Positions 27,844 to 37,277 are shown, numbered from the stretch's first letter. The stretch is DNA of 64,000 bases from a virus (IMGVR_UViG_3300012208_000004:556-64555); one strand, 5' to 3'. Notes: generated from the sequence alone by a model not told the origin. Numbers and translations: made by a program.

Positions 27844-28982
27844 CAACACCGCAATTTGTCGACATATCGGTCTATCAAGGCAACATCGATTTTATTGCTT
27901 ATGTCAATTGGGCAAGGCAATGGGATGGAATTGCAAGGGTTGCAATAAAGTCGAGTGAAGGAACTGGGTTTACCGATCCTCTCTTTCACACGAATCGAGC
28001 GAAGGCTTTAGCGGCAGGTATCAATGAAATTTACTACTATCACTTTGGTCGGCCTGACCTTGGCAATAGTGCCGATGCTGAAGCCAACTGGCAACGGAGT
28101 GTTGTGGGCAACGTTCGACCCAATGATCGGATCATACTTGATCTTGAAGTAAACGCTGTCCAAGCAACAGGAGCCTGGGCCTACGCGTGGCTTGCTCAGC
28201 AAGAAAGCAATTATAGCGGTAATCTTCCAGGGATCTATGCAAGTAGCGCCTACATTCTTGCGAGATTACAGGATACACGACTCAAGAAATATCGGCTATG
28301 GGTAGCAAACTGGCAATTTACACCAGATGAACGTCCGCCAGTTCCGGCTCCCTGGTCGCAATATGATTTCGTGCAGTACACCGATAAGGCTAGCATTCCT
28401 GGGATACCAGGGGTAGTTGACGCAAACATTTTTTTAGGAAAAGAACCATCACCGGAGGAAACTATCGTGACAATTGATTTAACTAATGGCACTGTTGCCA
28501 GTCACTTCGAAGGTTCAGATACCATTTGGAAATGCAAAGGTAACGGATTCCTCGTTGGGTTTGCCATCCTCAACTTCTACCGGAGCTTTGGGGGGCGAGG
28601 CCTGTGTGGGTTAGAATTCTTGGGCTTGCCCACATCAAATGAAACATCAGTCCCAAATCGTCCTGGTGTTGTCTATCAACGGTTCGAGCGCGGAGTTGTC
28701 TGCTACGATCCCAATCTTCCCCACACGATTGACAATCCACCTGGCGCGGAGAAAGATAATGTGTACTTGCTCCACATTGACGAGGGGCTTGGGATGGACA
28801 TTCGAGTTGCTCAGTTGGCAGTTGAAAACGCTGGGCTTACAAACCAGATATCCACCTTGCAAGGGGAGATAACAGCCTTAAAAGCTCTCCTAGCATCTTC
28901 AAATCTAGGGAAGATTGGAGCATTAACAAAGCAAATCCAAGACGATGTTGACTTGATTATGAAATTAGTTCAAGTTCAATAA
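27840..28982 (+). CDS. Endolysin, GH25 muramidase with C-terminal binding domain
   Basis: DISVYQG, KSSEG, YYHF, LDLE, QYT..VDAN motifs; LGLP.SNE..QRFERG segment; coiled-coil tail. Confidence 0.9.
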   Translation: MTTPQFVDISVYQGNIDFIAYVNWARQWDGIARVAIKSSEGTGFTDPLFHTNRAKALAAGINEIYYYHFGRPDLGNSADAEANWQRSVVGNVRPNDRIILDLEVNAVQATGAWAYAWLAQQESNYSGNLPGIYASSAYILARLQDTRLKKYRLWVANWQFTPDERPPVPAPWSQYDFVQYTDKASIPGIPGVVDANIFLGKEPSPEETIVTIDLTNGTVASHFEGSDTIWKCKGNGFLVGFAILNFYRSFGGRGLCGLEFLGLPTSNETSVPNRPGVVYQRFERGVVCYDPNLPHTIDNPPGAEKDNVYLLHIDEGLGMDIRVAQLAVENAGLTNQISTLQGEITALKALLASSNLGKIGALTKQIQDDVDLIMKLVQVQ

Positions 28983-28992
28983 GGAGATTGAA

Positions 28993-29178
28993 ATGAGCTT
29001 ACCGCATGGATTTGGAATTGCCTTAATTGATTTTGCATTTTTTGTGATATTCGCCATCTATAGCGATAGCACATTTCGTCCATCTAATGCTTATAGATGG
29101 CTTTTCTTTGTGCTTTGTGTCATTATTGCCTTGTTTTTCTTTTTTGCATGGCTTATTGACTTAGGAGCAAGAATATGA
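28993..29178 (+). CDS. Small two-TM protein (holin/antiholin candidate)
   Basis: Two hydrophobic helices, in lysis cassette. Confidence 0.5.
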   Translation: MSLPHGFGIALIDFAFFVIFAIYSDSTFRPSNAYRWLFFVLCVIIALFFFFAWLIDLGARI

Positions 29179-29477
29179 ATTGGGCACAAACCATCATGCA
29201 ATTTGTTACTACAGTTGTGTTTGTAGGGGGAATGTGGCTCATATTCGATAGGAAGCGGATACAGAAGATCCCTGAGAATCCGGCGGATAGGCTTGAAACA
29301 TCTGCAAGGATAGCGGTGCGAGCTGCGGAAAAACGCTACAAAGATAACCCTGGGAAACGGGACCTCGCTGTAAATCACGTTGTTGACCTATACAAAGAAT
29401 GGCATTTAGCAGTTCCTTCAAAAGAGTCAATAGAGTTGGCAGTTGACTCATGTTTGTTGCCAACTCAAAGTGAGTAG
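29175..29477 (+). CDS. LL-H-type holin-like protein
   Basis: N-terminal TM; AVRAAE...K...A...IELAV. Confidence 0.55.
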   Translation: MNWAQTIMQFVTTVVFVGGMWLIFDRKRIQKIPENPADRLETSARIAVRAAEKRYKDNPGKRDLAVNHVVDLYKEWHLAVPSKESIELAVDSCLLPTQSE

Positions 29478-29479
29478 TC

Positions 29480-29842
29480 ATGGATATATTCAAGGACCTT
29501 CCAGGAATATCAGGATGGCCCGGGACAATCCTTACTTTATTCGGTATCATTGCTTACGGTTGGTACATCACAAGAAGTGCAAAAGGAAAAGCGGAGAAAA
29601 TAGCGAGCCAAGCCAAGGATGACGCTATTGATGCCATGAATACCTATTTAGATGTTCTTAAAGAAAGGATAAAGGATACAGAAGAAGAAAACACAAAAAT
29701 GAAACACATAGTCGAAACGATATATAACGCTCTTAAAGCAAGAGGTATATATATCACGATAGACGGAGATATGATCCATATCTCTGAAGGAAAGAATAGT
29801 ACAACAGCACGCATTCATCACAAGAAAGAAGAAACATCATGA
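29480..29842 (+). CDS. Membrane-anchored coiled-coil protein
   Basis: One TM plus coiled coil. Confidence 0.5.
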   Translation: MDIFKDLPGISGWPGTILTLFGIIAYGWYITRSAKGKAEKIASQAKDDAIDAMNTYLDVLKERIKDTEEENTKMKHIVETIYNALKARGIYITIDGDMIHISEGKNSTTARIHHKKEETS

Positions 29843-30237
29843 ATACCGCTATTATCGTTGCCCTAATCCCATACCTTGTACCAGAGATTATTGTTGTTCT
29901 TGTGTACGTTTATCACATTGTCGCTGTCCATATTCCTGCTCAACAACGCACATACGTCGAACGTTGGGCGACAGTTGCCGTTGCCTATGTAGAACAAAAA
30001 TCAGCAGGAATATCAGATGAGGAAAAGAAGCAGTTAGCTATGGTCAAAATAAAGGGCTTTTTCAAAGCTTTTAATCTTCCTATCCCTCCTGATGATGTCC
30101 TTAGCTCGTTTATTGAAGCTGCTGTACAGGCGCTCGACAAAGCCACGCCCGTTACTGTTGTGCGTCAGTCCGCCTTGCAAGGGGGAAGCATCGATCCTGG
30201 ATTTACTAAAGATCCATTCAGAGGACAATCCAAATGA
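29839..30237 (+). CDS. LL-H-type holin
   Basis: N-terminal TM; AVAYVEQ...EKKQLA...IEAAV. Confidence 0.7.
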   Translation: MNTAIIVALIPYLVPEIIVVLVYVYHIVAVHIPAQQRTYVERWATVAVAYVEQKSAGISDEEKKQLAMVKIKGFFKAFNLPIPPDDVLSSFIEAAVQALDKATPVTVVRQSALQGGSIDPGFTKDPFRGQSK

Positions 30238-30581
30238 GCTTACAGCAAGATCAACAGGACATAGCCGACGCGGAAGCCGCGCTAGCAACGCTCGGCCTTT
30301 CGCCTGCTAACTTTGGGGCAGCTCTCCAACAACTGGTGAAACGTCGCAATGCCCAACAGGATATTCAAAAAATCCAGCAAAATCAGTTTGCGCCGGATGG
30401 GTTTAATCTCATCAATCAAGTGCAAAATGCTAACGCTCAAACTGACAAGGTTGTAGTCATCTCGCAATTTTTACGAGCGTTTGCAGAGTACATTGCAACA
30501 CAGACACAAGCACTTGAGGCAACACATTCAACAGTAAAAAGTATTGTAGACGCTATTGCGCCTATGGGAGGTTCAAATTGA
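30234..30581 (+). CDS. Hypothetical Gln/Ala-rich helical protein
   Basis: ATGA coupling. Confidence 0.55.
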   Translation: MSLQQDQQDIADAEAALATLGLSPANFGAALQQLVKRRNAQQDIQKIQQNQFAPDGFNLINQVQNANAQTDKVVVISQFLRAFAEYIATQTQALEATHSTVKSIVDAIAPMGGSN

Positions 30582-31327
30582 CTAAACACGGATATGGATA
30601 CAATCCTGACTTACGCGATCAGAGAGATCATAGATTTAAACTTCTTGAGGGAATTGTCCTACCCTCATCGGTAGACTTGCGCCCGCAAGACTCTCCAATA
30701 GAGGACCAGGGAGAACTGGGATCATGTACCTCATTTGCTAGTGGAGCTGCTTTCCGCTTTGATCTGAGAAAGCAAGGGCTATCAGACTTTGTGATTAGTC
30801 ACTTGTTTGAATACTTCAATAGCAGATCAAAAAATCAAAAGCTTGTTGACAGTGGAGCAACGATCCGCGATGCAATCAAAGCTATCAACACGTATGGCCT
30901 ATGTCCAGAGTCGGAATGGCCCTATGATCTTAGCAAATTCACGGTGAGGCCCTCAGTTAAAGCCTACAAGGATGCTCTAAAGGATAGGGCACTTACCTAC
31001 CAACGTGTAAGTCAAAACTTGACTCAAATGAAAAACTGCTTAGCACAGGGACTTCCATTCGTTATAGGAATATCAGTATATCAAAGCTTCGAAAGTCAAG
31101 AGGTAGCCAGTACTGGAATTGTACCTATGCCATCTCAGAATGAACAGTTGTTAGGTGGACACGCGTTATTAGTCGTTGGCTACGATGATAGCACACAACG
31201 GTTCACAGTGAGGAATTCATGGGGAAGTGGTTTCGGTGACAAAGGATATGTCTATCTGCCCTATCAATACCTCGAGGATAGTAATCTCGCTTCTGACTTT
31301 TGGGTAGTGCAGACTGTAGGGAAATAG
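30578..31327 (+). CDS. Papain-like C1A cysteine peptidase
   Basis: LPSSVDLR, DQGELGSCT, GGHALLVVGY, RNSWG..FG.KGY. Confidence 0.92.
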   Translation: MTKHGYGYNPDLRDQRDHRFKLLEGIVLPSSVDLRPQDSPIEDQGELGSCTSFASGAAFRFDLRKQGLSDFVISHLFEYFNSRSKNQKLVDSGATIRDAIKAINTYGLCPESEWPYDLSKFTVRPSVKAYKDALKDRALTYQRVSQNLTQMKNCLAQGLPFVIGISVYQSFESQEVASTGIVPMPSQNEQLLGGHALLVVGYDDSTQRFTVRNSWGSGFGDKGYVYLPYQYLEDSNLASDFWVVQTVGK

Positions 31328-31400
31328 TCCATTCTTGTGTAACTAATTGAACATTTGTACCCCACCCCTTGCAAGGGGGATATCCTTTCTGGTATATTGA

Positions 31401-31428
31401 ATGCAGAATAAGACGAATTATCTTGCGT
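31401..31428. promoter_or_regulatory. dif-like 11-6-11 recombination site
   Basis: ATGCAGAATAA-GACGAA-TTATCTTGCGT, 25 bp upstream of the Xer-like gene. Confidence 0.55.
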
Positions 31429-31453
31429 TCAAGACATCAGAAAGGATAGGTTT

Positions 31454-32350
31454 ATGCAGTTGGTTATCAGCTATCATGAGGTTAGACTCATGCAAGAAAC
31501 AGGTGAAACACTTGTTATTCACATACCGTACGATGCAGATTTTATAAAGTTATGGTTGCATGGAAAGAGCGATAATACTCAAACGGCATATCTATTAGAT
31601 ATCCATAGATTATATGATTTAATTGGTAAATCTTTGCGTGAATTAACGCTTGACGATTTCCAAGGTTTTACTGATAATCTTTATCATTTAAAGCGCTCTT
31701 CGCGTGCTCGTATTATGGCTAGTGTTAAAAGTGCTTTATCATTTGGCCTAAAGATAGGATATCTACAAGTAAATGTAGGATCTGCTGTAGAACTGCCCAA
31801 ACTGGAAAACAAACTAGCTGAACGGATACTTAGTGAGCAACAGATAGCAAAAATGTTTGCGCTGGAGAATAACCCGCGTAACCATGCTATTTTGATACTG
31901 CTCTATCGGGCAGGATTAAGAGTATCAGAATTGTGTGATCTGACATGGCGTAATCTGCAAGAACGAGATGAAGCTGGTCAAATAGCCGTGTTTGGGAAGG
32001 GCAAGAAAACAAGGCATGTGTTACTTGATCCTGCTACTTGGCAAGAGGTTACAAATCTGAAGACTGAGAAAGCTGGTCCTGATGATTATGTGTTTCAGTC
32101 TAGAAAGGGCAAGTCTCGACTAGATGAGAGCGCTATCCATCGGATTGTAGCTAGTGCTGCAAAGCGGGCGGGAATTAATGATAAGGTTTCGCCTCACTGG
32201 ATGAGGCATGCCCACGCTACCCATGCCCTAGAAAGGGGCGCTCCAATAACCCTAGTACAGGACACGCTAGGGCACAAATCCATGGAGACAACAGCTAAAT
32301 ACACTCACGTCCGACCTAATGCCAGTAGCTCTCAATATTTGGGAATTTAG
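31454..32350 (+). CDS. XerC/D-like tyrosine recombinase
   Basis: GLRVSE, GKGKK, HWMRH, LGH...T.KY. Confidence 0.93.
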   Translation: MQLVISYHEVRLMQETGETLVIHIPYDADFIKLWLHGKSDNTQTAYLLDIHRLYDLIGKSLRELTLDDFQGFTDNLYHLKRSSRARIMASVKSALSFGLKIGYLQVNVGSAVELPKLENKLAERILSEQQIAKMFALENNPRNHAILILLYRAGLRVSELCDLTWRNLQERDEAGQIAVFGKGKKTRHVLLDPATWQEVTNLKTEKAGPDDYVFQSRKGKSRLDESAIHRIVASAAKRAGINDKVSPHWMRHAHATHALERGAPITLVQDTLGHKSMETTAKYTHVRPNASSSQYLGI

Positions 32351-32360
32351 ACAAAAAGAA

Positions 32361-32382
32361 AGGGCAGTTGTGGAACTGCCCT
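32361..32382. terminator. Hairpin terminator between convergent genes
   Basis: AGGGCAGTT-GTGG-AACTGCCCT with T-rich tail on the minus strand. Confidence 0.65.
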
Positions 32383-32388
32383 AGATAC

Positions 32389-32670
32389 TTATTGGTTTCG
32401 TTCTTCCAATTTTGCAATGGTTTCTTTGCGAATTGCCTCAAGATCTCCCGGATACACATTTCCATCTGCCATTTCACACCATTCCACTAAGAGATCTTCA
32501 AGAACTTTTATGCGGTCATTCTCTGCTATCCCCATTGCGAGGATATCGTTTACAAACTTGCTTCTTTCCCCGTCAGGAAGATTTTTGATGTACTCAGCAA
32601 CATTCCGACTCAAGGAAAAGGAAAGCCACACCTTGTCTTGAGATGGGCGTCCCTTTTTCTTTGGTTCCAT
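32389..32670 (-). CDS. Ribbon-helix-helix-like DNA-binding protein
   Basis: KKGRP..LSFSLS..V...I......RSKFVN. Confidence 0.55.
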   Translation of the reverse strand: MEPKKKGRPSQDKVWLSFSLSRNVAEYIKNLPDGERSKFVNDILAMGIAENDRIKVLEDLLVEWCEMADGNVYPGDLEAIRKETIAKLEERNQ

Positions 32671-32671
32671 G

Positions 32672-32878
32672 CTAGGACTCCTTTTCTAAGATTGCTATAA
32701 CCTCACGCATATTTTCAACTTTCCCTACAATCCGCTCTGTTTCCTTTTTAAGCTTACCTAAGTTATCGAGCATCTCTAAATCTAGAAGCTCATCAGGAAC
32801 TTCATGAAATCTCTGCCACTGCTTTAGCAATCTTTCAAGCGTCTTAATGCGATCATCCTTGTTTTCCATTGTTTCCAT
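32672..32878 (-). CDS. Hypothetical protein
   Basis: AAGGA SD. Confidence 0.55.
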   Translation of the reverse strand: METMENKDDRIKTLERLLKQWQRFHEVPDELLDLEMLDNLGKLKKETERIVGKVENMREVIAILEKES

Positions 32879-32917
32879 CCTTTCGACTAGGGGAGGGATA
32901 TCCCTCCCCTTTACTAA

Positions 32918-33244
32918 CTACACTAAATAATCAGATCCGTGAAGCTTTCCACCACAGCTACAATCGCAATTGTCACCCTTTGCGCTAGAGCAACGCTTGT
33001 TGCATTTATGCCCTGCATTATAAGTCCCATGAACTTTAGTGCCATTTGGGAGAGTGCAGGTACACTTTGGGCAACGAAGTTCATTCATGTGATCACTGGA
33101 GAGATAGCGCTTTGAACCGTCTTCAAGAATACGATACTCATCATTTCTGCTATCAAGCTGATAATCATATGCCCATACATGCTTGCATTTTGTATATCTG
33201 CATTTCCAAATAACCCGTACTGTTTTCTCTGTAGTAGTTTCCAT
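32918..33244 (-). CDS. Cys-rich Zn-binding protein
   Basis: CPKC and C...C..A.G..CDCSCGG..HG motifs. Confidence 0.65.
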   Translation of the reverse strand: METTTEKTVRVIWKCRYTKCKHVWAYDYQLDSRNDEYRILEDGSKRYLSSDHMNELRCPKCTCTLPNGTKVHGTYNAGHKCNKRCSSAKGDNCDCSCGGKLHGSDYLV

Positions 33245-33285
33245 TTCCTTTTTCCCTTTCGGCTAACGTTTTCTCATCTACAAGT

Positions 33286-33314
33286 ATCATAACATTTACT
33301 GACATTAATGTCAA
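33286..33314 (-). promoter_or_regulatory. Sigma70-like promoter with palindromic operator
   Basis: Minus strand TTGACA-17-TATGAT; palindrome TGACATTAATGTCA (33300-33313) overlaps the -35. Confidence 0.65.
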
Positions 33315-33653
33315 GGAGTTATTGAGGCAATTTATGTCCAATTTCAAAACTGATAAATATTGCACACTCAATTTCCAATTTGCCCAATACTTTCCACCGT
33401 TACAAGCTATTTCTGTCGCTCTGAGAAGGCCGAGAACGGCCCTTGATAGGAAAAGACATAGGATTTTACCTCTCTCTAAAAAATTGGAGAAATGCCTCTA
33501 TTTGCGACTCAGAAGCAAATTTAAAAATGGACATAAAAAATCCTAACAACTGTGGCTTGCAAGCGTGTCCTCCATGCTCACATATGGATAATTGCCACAG
33601 TCACCAGGACTTCTTGTAGAAAAATGGTAAGAAAAGTATAACACAATAAAAAA

Positions 33654-33681
33654 GAGGGCAGTCGTTGATGTGACTGCCCTC
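33654..33681 (-). terminator. Intrinsic terminator
   Basis: GAGGGCAGTC/GACTGCCCTC stem plus T-run on minus. Confidence 0.65.
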
Positions 33682-33701
33682 AAGTATCCCCTTGCGAGGG
33701 G

Positions 33702-33896
33702 TTATTCCTTTGCTTTTAGTGTTTCGGGAATACATGCTTCTAGTGTTCTCTTGAATGCTTCTACCACATCTAACCGATATCCTTCGCCTCTATACAGATT
33801 ATAGAGTGCAAGTGCTGACTCTGGATAACCTTCCAACCACTTCATAGCATCTTCATCTGTTTGGGAACTTGGATCACCAATCTCATATGAGTACAT
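33702..33896 (-). CDS. Hypothetical protein
   Basis: Operon ORF. Confidence 0.5.
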   Translation of the reverse strand: MYSYEIGDPSSQTDEDAMKWLEGYPESALALYNLYRGEGYRLDVVEAFKRTLEACIPETLKAKE

Positions 33897-34194
33897 TCTT
33901 TTGTTCCCTCCGTTCGGTGATGAGATGCTTCCATTCCTGTGTCAACTCTGGATAATTCCGCCCATCCTCAGTTGCAAATCCATATGCAATTGATGTATCA
34001 ATAACCTCATCGGTACGATCCTCAAGTAAATCCATCAATGCCCATAGATACGATTTATCAGGACAAGCTTGACCTACAATACAATTGCATGTATCACTCA
34101 AATCAAGCTTTTCAAGATCTTGTCTTTCCAACCATACAGGACCAATTTTATCTTCTAGCAGTTTTGCACCTGCTTCAATTTGATCTTTAAACAT
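33883..34194 (-). CDS. Hypothetical protein
   Basis: AGGAGG SD; GA.LL...P.W......LDL....CIVGQ. Confidence 0.6.
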   Translation of the reverse strand: MFKDQIEAGAKLLEDKIGPVWLERQDLEKLDLSDTCNCIVGQACPDKSYLWALMDLLEDRTDEVIDTSIAYGFATEDGRNYPELTQEWKHLITERREQKNVLI

Positions 34195-34360
34195 TGACTT
34201 CCTCCTGATACTGATCTGCTATCTCCTCACGAACAATATGCACATCATCAGGTGCTTCAATCCCAAGCTTAACTCTCCCATCAATGATTGCAAAGATGGT
34301 AACTTTGATGTCACCATCGATGATAAAAGCCTCACCAACTTTGCGTTTTAAGATTAACAT
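34187..34360 (-). CDS. csrA: CsrA/RsmA-family translational regulator (57 aa, not in ORF track)
   Basis: Hand translation MLILKRKVGEAFIIDGDIKVTIFAIIDGRVKLGIEAPDDVHIVREEI matches the CsrA pattern; AAGGA SD. Confidence 0.9.
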   Translation of the reverse strand: MLILKRKVGEAFIIDGDIKVTIFAIIDGRVKLGIEAPDDVHIVREEIADQYQEEVNV

Positions 34361-34825
34361 TGTGATTCCTTTCCTGTTGTCACTACTTTATATAGTGGTG
34401 TATACTAGCCATAAATGCCCACCGGAGCAAGCTATGGCACTACAAATTAAAAGCGCTCTACCATTCGATAAACAAACCGTATCCACCGCCTTGTCTAAGA
34501 TGGACACTGAAGTTGTTCCAATTGTCACATTGCCATCTGTGCCGGAAGCTCCACAGCCTACCCCCTTGCAAGGGATGAGGCTACCGCGATTGAATGTACA
34601 CTCTTCATGGATGCCACTTCTGATATCCATGTCTGCACTTTGTATCATTATCGTCGGATCCATGGCGTTTTATACCTTTATGATCATTTCCATACTGCTT
34701 GGGAGTCTGCTAGGGCATGTTGGGCAGATCCTACGGTAGCCTGTCCTGCATCCATACTCCAATAGCAGCCAACAAAACGACAACAATACACAGTCCAACT
34801 ATCACAATGTACACGTTACTGGCAT

Positions 34826-35326
34826 TTACAATATCCATGACACACCTCCTCCTAATCCCTTACACAACACATCATAGTCAACGTGATGTGTTGTGTCATA
34901 CTGATAAGGAATGCGTATTCCGCTCTTGTGATAGTAGTGACTCAAACGTGATTCAGGCACTCTGAAGGGAGAGAGCACAATATCCACAGGATAGGCCTGT
35001 GTATGTTGGTAGAACAACTCCACAGCCTCTTCTATAAGATCTGCGGTTGAGGCGTAGATGTCTGAGATCTTCAAACACATCCGCCCGTTCTCGTCCTTCC
35101 AGAAGAAAGGCGGGGACTTCTCAATTGGATCAGGCTTTACAATCGGAATCAAGGTAGTCCTTTGATTGCTCAGATTGATTTTCCGTTGTTCTCTTCTTTT
35201 CATTTCCTCCTCACGTTTAATGTCACTCAATAACAAGCTCCCTGTATTTACTCTGTGCATGTACATCAAAAACTGGTGAGGATTCCAACCTTGCTGAACG
35301 GCGTGGTAGAGATCTTGAGGGTTCAT
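34826..35326 (-). CDS. Hypothetical protein
   Basis: GGAGAGGAG SD, coupled. Confidence 0.55.
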   Translation of the reverse strand: MNPQDLYHAVQQGWNPHQFLMYMHRVNTGSLLLSDIKREEEMKRREQRKINLSNQRTTLIPIVKPDPIEKSPPFFWKDENGRMCLKISDIYASTADLIEEAVELFYQHTQAYPVDIVLSPFRVPESRLSHYYHKSGIRIPYQYDTTHHVDYDVLCKGLGGGVSWIL

Positions 35327-35766
35327 GGTTGGGACTCCTCTCCTAAAAGTTGGGCGGTTTGCTCTTGAAGACCCTGAAATTCATTTTCACCAACAGTTGT
35401 TAACCACTCCCTCACCAGATTTTGAAGTGCTTCAATGCGCTTATTTTGTGCTTCAATGATATCTAAAACGCGTTTAGCAGAAGCTTTGGCAATCGCGTTA
35501 ATTCTCTCCTCCTCCCCTTGCAAGGGGGACTCTGTAGCAGGTTCGAGCGTGCCCGTCTCTGCAAAAGCTTGCAAGTAGGGCAGAAGAGATTTCATGTCTT
35601 CTTGCAAGAGTTTAAAGTAGTCGCTATCAGTATCAAGGTATAAAAGTTTTATACCCTTTCCTAGTACTGAATGATCTTCTACCCATAAACGTAAATCACT
35701 TCTTGTCTGATCAGAAAATTTAAGAAGTGGTGTTTCACCAGGTGCTTCATGTTTTTCAATCTCCAT
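35323..35766 (-). CDS. Hypothetical protein
   Basis: TAATG coupling. Confidence 0.6.
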   Translation of the reverse strand: MEIEKHEAPGETPLLKFSDQTRSDLRLWVEDHSVLGKGIKLLYLDTDSDYFKLLQEDMKSLLPYLQAFAETGTLEPATESPLQGEEERINAIAKASAKRVLDIIEAQNKRIEALQNLVREWLTTVGENEFQGLQEQTAQLLGEESQP

Positions 35767-36197
35767 TATTCCTTCTCTCCTGCTTGCTTCAAAACGTCTA
35801 CCTGTTCTGGTAAAAGTGGAATACGAGCTAGTGTTGGCATGCCCTCTTCAATAGTAAAGCAAACCGCTTTAAATGTTGTTCCAAGTGGCATGAGATGACA
35901 TTCAACATGAGACTCGGGATCACCAATCACCACAAACGTGTGTGTGATTTCTCTGAGCTTTAAGTCACTTGGAAGCTTAAAACCTTCAAATTCACCAGGA
36001 ATATACTCACGGATAAACGCACATGTACTCTTTTCAATAATTGAACGTAAATCCTCTATAAGGATAGAATAACCCTTGTGTTGATGATCAGAAACAATCA
36101 AACGTCCGTTGTCCAACGTTGGCATATCATTATCCTGCTTCACTATCGCTTTAATCTCCAGTTTTCCACCTTTGCGTACAAATGATCTTCTAGGCAT
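35766..36197 (-). CDS. Hypothetical protein
   Basis: AAGGA SD. Confidence 0.6.
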   Translation of the reverse strand: MPRRSFVRKGGKLEIKAIVKQDNDMPTLDNGRLIVSDHQHKGYSILIEDLRSIIEKSTCAFIREYIPGEFEGFKLPSDLKLREITHTFVVIGDPESHVECHLMPLGTTFKAVCFTIEEGMPTLARIPLLPEQVDVLKQAGEKE

Positions 36198-36212
36198 TGT
36201 GTTCTATCCTTT

Positions 36213-36524
36213 CTATTGATGCTTCTGAAGTACTTCCAAGATATCTTTATACAACTCAGATTCAACAATCAAGTGAGTATTAACTCTAACGCCTTTTGCC
36301 TCTGTTTCGCCATCTGGAAGATCCAAGAAAGCAATCTGCTCATCAGGTTCAAAATCACGACGTTCCAATGTTTGAAGGGCACTTCTGTTAATAATTTTCC
36401 CAGCTTGTACGCTAGCAAGCCGCCCTCCTTTACGATCTCCCTTGGCATACAAAGCTTTTGCCCATGTTGTACATGCTTCAATTGAAGCGTAATCCTCTTC
36501 AGAGAAATGAATACCGTCTAGCAT
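36213..36524 (-). CDS. Hypothetical protein
   Basis: AAGGA SD. Confidence 0.6.
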   Translation of the reverse strand: MLDGIHFSEEDYASIEACTTWAKALYAKGDRKGGRLASVQAGKIINRSALQTLERRDFEPDEQIAFLDLPDGETEAKGVRVNTHLIVESELYKDILEVLQKHQ

Positions 36525-36530
36525 CTCGTT

Positions 36531-37277
36531 CTATCCTTTCTTACTAAAGCAACATTGACAACTCAGGCATTTTTCAGCATTTCTATCTCGCTCTGTCTTA
36601 CATATCCGCTTAGGCAATTCTTGCTTTGTCTCCAGTTTGTGGAGCGCTACGCGAAACTGTCTAATCCTATCCAGATAGGGCTGTACAAGCTCTTTATCAT
36701 ACTCCACACACCATACCTTAATCTTCTGGTTATCCTTGTTTTCTACCAGGATCAAGCCGTGCTTCAATCCCAATAAATGCATGTACAAGTTGACTTGGTT
36801 GTGTGCATCTGAAGGAGCTTCATCAGCTTCATTAAAAGCTGCAAAAGTTGAGTCTTTGTAGCCCTTTATCTCGACTACCATCTGCTCACCGCAGACCTCG
36901 AGGATTGCGTCCGGTGAAAACCAAAGAAGTCTCGTTTCGTCAAAATGAGAGTAATCTAATTCAGGAGTGTCATGGTTATTGTTGAAATACACGACTTTCC
37001 CGTACTTTAAAAAAAGATCCTGGTACTTTTCGTGGAGTACCCATCCGTGCTTAAAACGGGCATTAACTTCTGTATCCCAGTTCTTGGTAGCTGGCCGCGT
37101 CATTTCATCAGGGTAGTGAGCGGCAAGGACCAATTGCCTCATGCAAAAACTGTGATCCGGGGCTAGAATGTTCGATGCGTGAGGAAAACCAGTGCGGAGC
37201 GGCTTGTCCTCATTCCATCGGTTGAACATTTGGAGAACATCCTCTTTGAAAAGCGCGGCGACAGTGCGTAGATTCAT
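36531..37277 (-). CDS. Cas4-like PD-(D/E)XK exonuclease
   Basis: HAS....C.R, G..LH, PD..VEIKG, Q.NLYM, C-terminal Cys cluster. Confidence 0.85.
   Translation of the reverse strand: MNLRTVAALFKEDVLQMFNRWNEDKPLRTGFPHASNILAPDHSFCMRQLVLAAHYPDEMTRPATKNWDTEVNARFKHGWVLHEKYQDLFLKYGKVVYFNNNHDTPELDYSHFDETRLLWFSPDAILEVCGEQMVVEIKGYKDSTFAAFNEADEAPSDAHNQVNLYMHLLGLKHGLILVENKDNQKIKVWCVEYDKELVQPYLDRIRQFRVALHKLETKQELPKRICKTERDRNAEKCLSCQCCFSKKG

Noticed and set aside
34284-34739. 151-aa plus-strand ORF
   Set aside because: Overlaps csrA antisense within a minus-strand operon; coding status of 34390-34820 remains unclear
36531-37277. Cas4-like nuclease and DinG as parts of a CRISPR-Cas system
   Set aside because: No repeat-spacer array or other cas genes seen; the nuclease sits beside an SSB-like gene, as in ordinary phage recombination modules
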